The translations under genes and the position numbers were made by a program. A model generated the notes under the pieces. It did no database searches. It was not told where the DNA came from and saw nothing but the letters and a program-made list of their open reading frames with translations. Source: Hyalangium minutum (lineage in GTDB: Bacteria > Myxococcota > Myxococcia > Myxococcales > Myxococcaceae). Taken from it: 64,000 nt of DNA. Below, one piece after another: positions 58,401 to 64,000 of this stretch. Numbering within the stretch: the first letter of the stretch is position 1; every line of letters begins with the position of its first letter. The stretch is from assembly GCF_000737315.1 (NCBI RefSeq), contig NZ_JMCB01000026.1:1-64000 (forward strand), given 5' to 3'.

Positions 58401-61400
58401 TGAAGCTGTCGTCCACCGCATCCGGCGGATCGTTCTCGTCGTTGACGATGACAGTCACCGTGGCCGTGGCCGTCCCGCCGTTGCCATCCGAGATGGTGTA
58501 CGTGAACGTCGTGGTCCCCACGAAAGCGTTGTTCGGGGTGAAGGTCACGCTGGAGCCGGTAAAGGACACCGAGCCGCCCGTGGCGGGCTGAGTCACCGTG
58601 GTGATGGTGAGCGTCTCGCCCGTGTCGGGCACTGCCGTGTCGTTGGCCAGCACGTTCAGCGCCGTGGGGCCGCTGTTCTGGCCCACCGTGAAGCTGTCGT
58701 TGTTGGCCGTGGGCGGATCGTTCACCGGCGTCACCGTCACCGTCACCGTGGCCGTGTCGCTGCCACCGTTGCCGTCCGAGAGGGTGTACGTGAACGTCGT
58801 GGTGCCGTTGAAGTTGGCCGTCGGCGTGAAGCTGACGTTGGAGGCCGTGTGGGTCACCGTGCCGCCCGCGGGCTGGGTGACGGAGGTGATGGTCAGCGTC
58901 TCGCCCACGTCCGGGGCGAACGTGTCGTTGGCCAGCACGTTGAACGTCGTGGCCGCGCTGTCCTCGGCCACCGTGTAGCTGTCGTTCACCGCGTCCGGCG
59001 GGTCATTGACCGGCGTCACCGTCACCGTGACGGTCGCCGTGGCCGTGCCGCCGTTGCCGTCCGAGATCCGATACGTGAACGAGGTGGTGCCGTTGAAGTT
59101 GGCCGCCGGCGTGAAGCTGACGTTGGAGGCCGTGAAGGTCACCGTGCCGTTGGCCGGCTGAGTCACCGAGGTGATGGTCAGCGTCTCGCCCGTGTCCGGC
59201 GCGATCGAGTCGTTGGCCAGCACGTTGAAGGCCGTGGCCGTGCTGTCCTCGGCCACCGTGAAGGTGTCGTCGGTGGCCGTCGGCGGGTCATTGACCGGCG
59301 TCACCGTCACCGTCACCGTGGCCGTGTCGTAGCTCCCGTTGCCATCCGTGATGGTGTACGTGAACGTCGTGGTACCGTTGAAGTTCGCGGCCGGCGTGAA
59401 ACGAACGCCGGTGGCCGAGAAGGTCGTCGAGCCGTTGGCCGGCTGGGTCACCGCCGTCACCGTGAGCGTCTCGCCCACGTCCGGAGCAAACGTGTCGTTG
59501 GCGAGCACGTCGAACGTCGTGGCGCCGCTGTCCTCGAGCACGGTGTAGCTGTCGTTCACCGCGTCCGGCGGCTCGTTGACCGGCGTCACCGTCACCGTGA
59601 CGGTCGCCGTGGCCGTGCCGCCATTGCCATCCGAAATGGTGTACGTGAACGTCGTGGTGCCGAAGTAATCGGGCGCTGGCGTGAAGGTGACGTTGCCGGC
59701 CGTGAAGGTCACCGTGCCGTTGGCCGGCTGAGTCACCGCCGTGATGGTCAGCGTCTCACCCAGGTCCCCGTTGGTCGTGTCGTTGGCGAGCACGTCGAAC
59801 GTCGTGGCGCCGCTGTCCTCGGCCACCGTGAAGCTGTCGTTGGTGGCAAGCGGCGGGTCATTGACCGGCGTCACCGTCACCGTGACGGTCGCCGTCGCCG
59901 TGCCGCCGCTGCTGTCCCTCACCGTATAGGTGAACGTCGTGGTGCCGTTGAAGTTGGGCGCGGGCATGAAGCGCACCACCCCACCGATGAGCGTCACCGT
60001 GCCATTGGCCGGCTGGGTCACCGCCGTGACCGACAGGGTCTCGCCCGTGTCCGGCGCAATCGAGTCGTTGGCCAGTACATCCACCATCGTGGCGCCGCTG
60101 TCCTCGGCCACCGTCAGCGTGTCGTTGTTGGCCGTGGGCGGATCGTTCACCGGATCCACCGTCACCGTGACGGTCGCCGTGTCCGTGCCACCGTTGCCGT
60201 CGGACGCCGTGTACGTGAACGTCGTGATGCCAAAGAAGTTGGCCGCCGGGGTGAAGAAGACGGTGTTGGCGTTGAAGGTCACCGTGCCGTTGGCCGGCTG
60301 GGTCACCGCCGTGATGGTCAGCGTCTCGCCGACGTCCGGCGCCGTGCTGTCGTTGACGAGCACGCTGAACGCATTGGCGGAGCTGTCCTCGAGCACCGCG
60401 TAGCTGTCGTCGTTGGCCGTGGGCGGATCGTTGACGGGCGTCACCGTCACCGTCACCACCGCCGTGTCGCTGCCGCCGTTGCCGTCGGACACCGTGTACG
60501 TGAACGTCATGGTGCCGTTGAAGCCCGTGGCCGGCGTGAAGCTCACCACCCCACCCGTCAGCGTCACCGTGCCGTTGGCCGGCTGGGTGACGGAGGTCAC
60601 GGTGAGCGTCTCTCCGATGTCCGGCGCCGTGGTGTCGTTGGCCAGCACGTCGAACGTCGTGGGCCCGCTGCTCTCGGCCACGGTGAAGCTGTCGTTCACC
60701 GCGTCCGGCGGATCGTTGACCGACGTGACGTTGACCGTCACGGTGGCCGTGTCGAAGAGGCCGTTGCCGTCCGTCACCGTGTACGTGAACGTCACCGTGC
60801 CGTTGAAGTTGGCCGTAGGCGTGAACCGGACATTCGAGGCGTTGAACGTCACCGAGCCGCCCGTGGCCGGCTGGGTCACTGCCGTCACCGACAGAGTCTC
60901 TCCGATGTCCGGCGCCGTGGTGTCGTTGGCCAGCACATCGAGCGTCGTGACCGGGCTGTCCTCGGGCACGGAGAAGACATCATCCACCGCATCCGGCGGC
61001 GCGTTGCCCGGCGTCACCGTGACCGTCACCGCGGCCGTGTCCTGGCCACCATTGCCGTCCGAGATGGTGTACGTGAACGAGGTGGTGCCCACGAAGTTGG
61101 CCGCGGGCGTGAAGCTGACGTTGGCGGCGGTGAACATCACCGTGCCGTTGGCCGGCTGGGTCACCGTCGTGATGGTGAGCGACTCGCCAAGGTCCGGCGC
61201 GAACGTATCGTTGGCCAGCACGTCAAACACCGTGGGCGGGCTGTTGCGAGCCACCGAGTAGCTGTCGTTGACGGCATCCGGCGGATCGTTCACCGGCGTC
61301 ACCGTCACCGTCACGGTGGCCGTCGCCGTGCCACCGTTGCCATCCGAGATGGTGTACGTGAACGTCGTGGTGCCGAAGAAGTTGGCCGCAGGCCGGAACG

Positions 61401-64000
61401 ACAGGCTGGTGCCCGTGTTGGTCACCGAGCCGTTGGCCGGCGTGGTCGTGGCGGTGATGGTCAGCGTCTCGCCCGTGTCCGGGGCCGTGGTGTCATTGGC
61501 CAGCACGTTGAAGGTCGTGGGGCCGCTGTCCTCAAGCACCGTATAGGTGTCCGCGTTGGCGACGGGCGGGTTGTTGCCCACCGTCACCGTCACCGTGGCG
61601 GAGTCCGTGCCGCCGTGGCCGTCCGAGATCGTGTACGTGAACGTCGAGGTGCCCCGGAAGTTGGTCGTAGGCGTGAAGGTGACGCCGCTCGGCGTGAAGG
61701 TCACCGTACCGCCCGTGGACGGCTGAGTGACCGCCGTGATGGTCAGCGTCTCGGGCGCGTCGGGCAGGTAGGTGTCGTTCGCGAGCACATCCAGCGCATT
61801 GGGGCCGGTGTTGGCGCCCACGCTGAAGGCATCGTTGACGGCATCCGGGTTGTCATTCACCGGCGTGACCGTGACCGTGACCGTGGCCGTCGCCGTGCCG
61901 CCGTTGCCGTCGGAGATGGTGTACGTGAACGTCGTGGTGCCGAAGAAGTTGGCCGTCGGCGTGAAGCGCACCACTCCGCCGATGAGCGTCACCGCGCCGC
62001 CCGTGGTGGGCTGAGTCACCGCCGTCACCGTCAGCGTCTCGCCCGTCTCGGGGCCCGAGTTGTCGTTGGCCAGCACGGGCACCACCGTGGGGCCGCTGTC
62101 CTCAGCCACCGTGATGCTGTCCGCGTTGGCGACCGGCGGGTCATTCACCGCCGTCACGTTCACCGTCACCGTGGCCGTCGCCGTACCGCCGTTGCCGTCG
62201 GAGATCGTGTACGTGAACGTCGTGGTGCCGCTGTACTCGGCCGGCGGCGTGTACAGGACGTTCGTCCCCGTGACGGTCACCGTGCCGTTGGCCGGCTGAG
62301 TCACCGCCGTGATGGTCAGCGTCTCCGGACCATCCGGAGCGCTGGAGTCGTTGGCCAGCACATCCAGCGTGGTGGGCGTGTCCTCGAGCACCGCGAAGGT
62401 GTCGTTGGTGGCCGTGGGGTTGTCGTTCACCCCCGTCACCGTCACCGTCACCGTGGCCGTCGCCGTGCCGCCGTGTCCATCGGAGATGGTGTACGTGAAC
62501 GTCGTGGTGCCGAAGAAGTTGGCCGTCGGCGTGAAGGTCACCACGCCCGAGGTAAAGGTCACCGTGCCGCCCGTGGGCTGCGTCACCGCGGTGATCGTCA
62601 GGCTCTCCCCGGTGTCCGGGGCCGTGCTGTCATTGGCCAGCACGAAGAAGGTCGTGGCCGCGCTGTCCTCCGCCACGGTGTACGAGTCGTTGTTCGCCGT
62701 CGGCGGGTTGTTCGGCTGACCCACCACGCAGGTGACGGTGGCCGTGTCCGTGGCACCATCCGGATCCGAGATCGTGTACGTGAACGTCGTGGTGCCGCGG
62801 AAGCCAGGCGTCGGGGTGAAGCTCACGCCCGTAGCCGTGAAGGTCACCGTGCCGTTGGCCGGCTGAGTCACCGCCGTGACGGTCAGCGTCTCCACCGGGT
62901 CCGGCAGGTACGTGTCATTGGCCAGCACGTTGAGCGCGTAGTTCACCGAGTCGCCCGGCACCTGGAAGGTGTCATCCACCGCATCCGGCGGATCGTTCAC
63001 CTGGGGCAGGACGCTGATCCGGATAATCTTGCTTGCTCCCTGAACACCATTCAGGCCGCTGTTGCCCAGGTCGACGACCGAGACGACCAAGCCCGCGGGC
63101 CCGTAATAGTTGGCCGAGGGGGTGAAGATCATCCCACTCAAGGCCGCATTGATGTTGGCCAGGGTCCCCTCGAACTGCATGGAGACATCCGCCGTACCGT
63201 CGCCCTGGATGAAGGTGAGGCCCGTCGTCTGGCTCAGGGTATAGTTACCACGCGGCGTCCCCTGGTGCGTCAGCGTCACCTGCAGCTTGCGGTTGAAGAC
63301 GTCCGGATCCGCGATCGACACCCGGTTGCCATTGGCCGCCGAGAAAACGATGGGCGTATCCTCGGGTGCCGTCTGGACCGCCGTCGGCGAGGTGATGACC
63401 GGCGGGTCATTCACGCCGACGACTGTCTCCTCCGAGTCCGCGTTGTTACCCGGCGTGGGATCCGTCGTGGGAGAGGTGATGGTGGCGCTCGCCAGCAGCA
63501 GGAGGTTCTCCGCGCCCAGCGCGGGAATCGACACGGTGAAGCTCATCGGCGAGTTCACCGCCATCGGCGTGTAGTAGGTGCATGTCCAGACCTTGCTCGC
63601 CGAGCTGGGGGCGCAGCCCCACCCCGGCGGCTGAGAGATAATGTTGGCCTGGAAGTCGGCGATCTGCGACGGCAGGGTGATCACGACCTGGACGTTGGGT
63701 GCTGCCGGGTTGGGCCCCAGGTTCAGCACATCGACGATGTACTGGTAGCCCGACGTCGTGGCGATGGGATCCGCCGAGTCGCGGATGTCCACCTGCAGGT
63801 TCGCCATGTCGGCCAGCATCCACGACACGTTGCTGTCGGGCTCCAGCAGCCAGGCCTGCTCCAGCGCGTCGGCATGCGGGCCGACTCGCGGCTCGGCCGG
63901 TACGGAGGCCGTGGCCTCGACGGAGGCTGCAACTGAAGCCTCGGCGCTCACTGGATCGGGGCCACCGCACGCGGACAGCGCTCCCAGCAGGAGCAGCGGC
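49429..64000 (-). CDS. Giant (>4850 aa) surface adhesin/OmpA fusion: lipobox, DUF11-like domain, ~41 cadherin-like Ig repeats, internal MYXO-CTERM, second signal peptide, beta-barrel, TSP3 repeats, OmpA domain; 5' end outside the window
   Basis: The frame stays open to the window edge (PLLLLGALSA-CGG at 63999-63961). Repeats read V/NNDPP.A.DD.F.V.EDS...DVLAND; GGGCASTG...LLLLLGLPLLRRRR; AHA|Q; DxDxDGxxDxxDxCP repeats; RVEGHTD...LSRNRAEAV...GYGE..PIA.N....GR.QNRRVDF. Confidence 0.93.
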   Translation of the reverse strand, partial: PLLLLGALSACGGPDPVSAEASVAASVEATASVPAEPRVGPHADALEQAWLLEPDSNVSWMLADMANLQVDIRDSADPIATTSGYQYIVDVLNLGPNPAAPNVQVVITLPSQIADFQANIISQPPGWGCAPSSASKVWTCTYYTPMAVNSPMSFTVSIPALGAENLLLLASATITSPTTDPTPGNNADSEETVVGVNDPPVITSPTAVQTAPEDTPIVFSAANGNRVSIADPDVFNRKLQVTLTHQGTPRGNYTLSQTTGLTFIQGDGTADVSMQFEGTLANINAALSGMIFTPSANYYGPAGLVVSVVDLGNSGLNGVQGASKIIRISVLPQVNDPPDAVDDTFQVPGDSVNYALNVLANDTYLPDPVETLTVTAVTQPANGTVTFTATGVSFTPTPGFRGTTTFTYTISDPDGATDTATVTCVVGQPNNPPTANNDSYTVAEDSAATTFFVLANDSTAPDTGESLTITAVTQPTGGTVTFTSGVVTFTPTANFFGTTTFTYTISDGHGGTATATVTVTVTGVNDNPTATNDTFAVLEDTPTTLDVLANDSSAPDGPETLTITAVTQPANGTVTVTGTNVLYTPPAEYSGTTTFTYTISDGNGGTATATVTVNVTAVNDPPVANADSITVAEDSGPTVVPVLANDNSGPETGETLTVTAVTQPTTGGAVTLIGGVVRFTPTANFFGTTTFTYTISDGNGGTATATVTVTVTPVNDNPDAVNDAFSVGANTGPNALDVLANDTYLPDAPETLTITAVTQPSTGGTVTFTPSGVTFTPTTNFRGTSTFTYTISDGHGGTDSATVTVTVGNNPPVANADTYTVLEDSGPTTFNVLANDTTAPDTGETLTITATTTPANGSVTNTGTSLSFRPAANFFGTTTFTYTISDGNGGTATATVTVTVTPVNDPPDAVNDSYSVARNSPPTVFDVLANDTFAPDLGESLTITTVTQPANGTVMFTAANVSFTPAANFVGTTSFTYTISDGNGGQDTAAVTVTVTPGNAPPDAVDDVFSVPEDSPVTTLDVLANDTTAPDIGETLSVTAVTQPATGGSVTFNASNVRFTPTANFNGTVTFTYTVTDGNGLFDTATVTVNVTSVNDPPDAVNDSFTVAESSGPTTFDVLANDTTAPDIGETLTVTSVTQPANGTVTLTGGVVSFTPATGFNGTMTFTYTVSDGNGGSDTAVVTVTVTPVNDPPTANDDSYAVLEDSSANAFSVLVNDSTAPDVGETLTITAVTQPANGTVTFNANTVFFTPAANFFGITTFTYTASDGNGGTDTATVTVTVDPVNDPPTANNDTLTVAEDSGATMVDVLANDSIAPDTGETLSVTAVTQPANGTVTLIGGVVRFMPAPNFNGTTTFTYTVRDSSGGTATATVTVTVTPVNDPPLATNDSFTVAEDSGATTFDVLANDTTNGDLGETLTITAVTQPANGTVTFTAGNVTFTPAPDYFGTTTFTYTISDGNGGTATATVTVTVTPVNEPPDAVNDSYTVLEDSGATTFDVLANDTFAPDVGETLTVTAVTQPANGSTTFSATGVRFTPAANFNGTTTFTYTITDGNGSYDTATVTVTVTPVNDPPTATDDTFTVAEDSTATAFNVLANDSIAPDTGETLTITSVTQPANGTVTFTASNVSFTPAANFNGTTSFTYRISDGNGGTATATVTVTVTPVNDPPDAVNDSYTVAEDSAATTFNVLANDTFAPDVGETLTITSVTQPAGGTVTHTASNVSFTPTANFNGTTTFTYTLSDGNGGSDTATVTVTVTPVNDPPTANNDSFTVGQNSGPTALNVLANDTAVPDTGETLTITTVTQPATGGSVSFTGSSVTFTPNNAFVGTTTFTYTISDGNGGTATATVTVIVNDENDPPDAVDDSFTVDEDSGPTVLDVLANDTFAPDVGETLSVTAVTQPANGTVTFTATGVTFTPGPNFNGVVTFSYTISDGRGGTDTASVTVNVTPVNDPPDAVDDSFTVGEDSASTVFNVLANDSTGPETTETLTITAVTQPTGGTVTMTQFNVSFTPAPNFNGTTTFTYTVSDGNGGTDTATVTVTVTPVNDPPDAVDDTFVVAESSPATPLDVLANDTTAPDTGETLSVTAVTQPVVGGTVTLAGGVVSFTPTPGFNGTSTFSYTVSDGTTTDTATVTVTVTPVNDPPTASDDTFTVPEDIVATTLDVLANDTTAPDVGETLTITAVTQPANGTVTLTGNVVEFTPTANFNGTTTFSYTVSDGTSTDTAQVLVTVTPVNDPPDANDDSFTVAEDSGSTVLNVLANDTIAPDTGETLTISSATQPAGGSVSFSGATLNFTPDANFNGTTSFTYRISDGNGGTDSATVTVTVTPSNDDPTASDDTFTVTEDSGATAMDVLFNDSSLPDDNETLTITAVTQPANGSVTFTATGVTFTPAANFFGTTSFTYSINDGNGGNDTATVTVNVTPVNDNPTANNDTSQVPADSGPTVINVLANDTIVPDVGETLTIIAVTQPANGTVSFTGANVTFTPSAGFVGVTTFTYRISDGNGGTATATVTVLVGSNNRPPVANDDSYTVAEDSGPSTFNVLANDTTAPDIGETLSVTAVTPPASGSVTFTATGVTFTPAANFNGTVSFTYTVSDGNGGTATATVTVTVTPVNDPPEANDDTFSVAEDSLPAVLSVLANDTLGPDTGETLTVTAVTQPATGGAVTLSGGVVRFTPAPNFNGTVMFTYTVSDGNGGTDTATVTVTVTPVNDPPDAVDDVLTVAEDSLATTVNVLANDTFAPDTGETLTVTAVTQPAVGGTAVANTTTSVSFTPAPNFNGTTTFTYTISDGNGGTDTATVTVTVTPVNDNPDARDDNFTVAVNSSARVLDVLFNDTIAPDTNETLTITAVTQPANGTVTFTATGVSFTPAAGFSGTTTFTYTISDGNGGTDTATVTVTVSGANRPPVANDDNYTVAEDSGATVLDVLANDTTAPDTGETLTITAVTQPATGGSVTFTSSNVSFTPAPNYNGTVTFSYAISDGNGGTDTAIVTVTVTAVPDCDAVDDTFTVAEDSGSTALNVTANDQCDTPVITAVTQPSSGTVTLSGGVVRFTPLSNFDGTVTFTYTLSDGGTASDTAVVTVTVTPVNDPPTANDDSFSTTEDYPLTVVNVLGNDTALPDTGETLTVTAVTQPANGTVTLSGGLVRFAPAPNFFGTTTFTYTISDGHGGTDSATVTMTVDPANDPPDAVNDSFMVAVDSSNTPLDVLLNDTYLPDAPETLTITQITQSANGSVTLIDGVVRFTPTPGYSGVTTFTYTLSDGNGGTDTATVTVSVFGTNNPPDAVEDSFTVDEDSGATTFDVLANDTFAPDTGETLTVTAVSQPAHGTVTLTGGVVSFTPAPNFNGTTTFTYTLSDGNNGTDSARVTVTVTPVNDNPDAVDDSFEVVVNSPPRVLDVLANDRIAPDVGETLTVTAVTQPANGTVTLTGGVVSFTPAAGFNGTTTFTYTISDGNGGTDTATVTVRVAGSNNPPTARDDSFTVSRNSPATVLNVLANDSTEPDVGETLTVTAVTQPATGGSVSLSGGLVRFQPTTGFAGTVSFSYTIEDGNGGTATATVTVVVTETNNPPDARNDTFSVAEDSTDNPLDVLANDTTTPDVGETLAVTAVTQPATGGSVTLTNTGTVLFTPTANFNGTTTFTYTVNDGNNGTDTATVTVTVTPVNDPPDAVNDSFSVAQDSGATVLDVLANDTFAPDVGETLTVTAVTQPAPSGTVTLSGGVVSFTPAAGFVGTTTFTYTLSDGNGGTDTATVAVRVGMAPNNPPDAVNDTFSVAEDSTDNVLDVLANDTAFPDAGETLTVTAVTQPATGGTVTLTGGVVTFTPTANFNGTVTFDYSISDGNGGNDTAAVAVTVTPVNDNPDAVDDVFNVAADSGATVLDVLANDTFAPDTGETLTVTAVTQPANGTVTLTGGVVSFTPAAGFSGITTFDYTISDGNGGTDTASVRVRVGLPPNNPPDAADDTFSVAEDSVDNVLAVLDNDTFAPDTGETLTVTSVTQPTSGGTVKLDNGVVTFTPTPNFNGDVTFTYTIDDGNGGTDTATVTVTVTPVNDDPVALDDMFTVPFNSTGNRLDVLANDSIAPDTGETLTVTAVTSSAPSGTVKVATDGSAVQFTPAEGFTGDVTFEYTISDGNGGTDTATVTVRVVQGNDTDGDGIPDEIENGTCTSPLDEDSDDDGLKDGDEDKNHDGHRDADETDPCNPDTDGGGATDGEEVEGKTNPLDDTDDFLFVGGGCASTGTSFVPLLLLLGLPLLRRRRAAVKASAAGAWGLLGVLAVFLTAPAHAQTTSSTASTKIDVQQFKPGPGAYDVLGLHSPKVNKHLGWNAGLSVNYATDPLSVLDPRKDAVVYKLVSSQLTVDVMAAIAFLDRFELGLAIPITSQSSESAPEGVPDFSEGAGKTGLGDLRLVPKANLFSAGGLSLGAALPLHLPTGGENFLGGGFSVRPKLLGEWNSSTGIRVLANVGMNLRSEQELRGLVVGNELTYGLGGEVPFQVSGRGLSVGATLVGAMGLGQKGSEEKPLELLATVKYRVTDSLAAHLGGGPGLSQGYGTPGIRVFAGLAYVAPTSRSEQPAPKVEAKPVPPPEVVADPNIKTKVEVIPPSKPVCALGPEDMDGFQDEDGCADPDNDNDGILDTADKCPNEPETLNGFQDEDGCPDVLPPADTDGDGITDDKDRCPQAAEDKDGFQDEDGCPDPDNDHDGVADADDKCPTEPETINGVKDEDGCPDKGKVKVLVAGEKVVILDKIFFLNNKNTILPKSFPLLRQVSQVLKANPQIELVRVEGHTDDKGEDGANLVLSRNRAEAVRDRLVLEGVEASRLEAVGYGEAKPIASNKTNKGREQNRRVDFTIVKVKPKVIEIEQP
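51575..63005 (-). repeat. Array of 40 tandem ~95-aa cadherin-like (Big_9/tandem-95) repeats
   Basis: Counted 40 units by their 'PP.A.[DN]D...VL.ND' starts in the translation; one further, longer cadherin-like unit precedes them (~63005-63420). Confidence 0.88.

Noticed and set aside
51055-63936. Very long plus-strand ORFs (1683 aa, 2204 aa and many shorter) opposite the adhesin
   Set aside because: Antisense shadows of a repetitive, GC3-biased gene; the translations are low-complexity Arg/His/Gly with no domain motifs.

Overview
GC-rich myxobacterial chromosome segment (Cystobacterineae/Archangiaceae-like by gene content; inference). 1-10.7 kb is accessory DNA: three degenerate tmRNA/tRNA-3'-end-like att cores, integrase and IS91-like transposase remnants, a CAAX-type protease, a Notch-like Ca-binding EGF-repeat/FG-GAP surface protein, a Cys-rich protein and a DUF2381-kinase-pseudokinase cassette. 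10.7-34.5 kb is mixed metabolic/envelope genes: a PLP decarboxylase fused to two EF-hands, pirin, ppa, epmA, an M3-type lipoprotein peptidase, a KaiC-like ATPase plus receiver, alpha-amylase, mtgA, SPFH, ABC transporter, ArnT-like glycosyltransferase and two unknown barrel-like proteins. 34.5-40.6 kb is a co-oriented run: rhomboid, LolA-like protein, OM protein, Tox-REase-5 lipoprotein toxin, Imm52. 40.8-49.1 kb is core: FHA protein, digR, crotonase/BCCP/biotin carboxylase, histidine kinase, ftsZ. The last 14.6 kb is one >4850-aa ORF that looks like a polyprotein: lipobox, DUF11-like domain, about 41 cadherin-like repeats, an internal MYXO-CTERM sorting tag, a second signal peptide, then a TraB-like barrel/TSP3/OmpA module. 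This is the top candidate for an undescribed system; the EF-hand decarboxylase is second. No searches were run; family calls come from motif recognition, and recalled comparisons are flagged as such.
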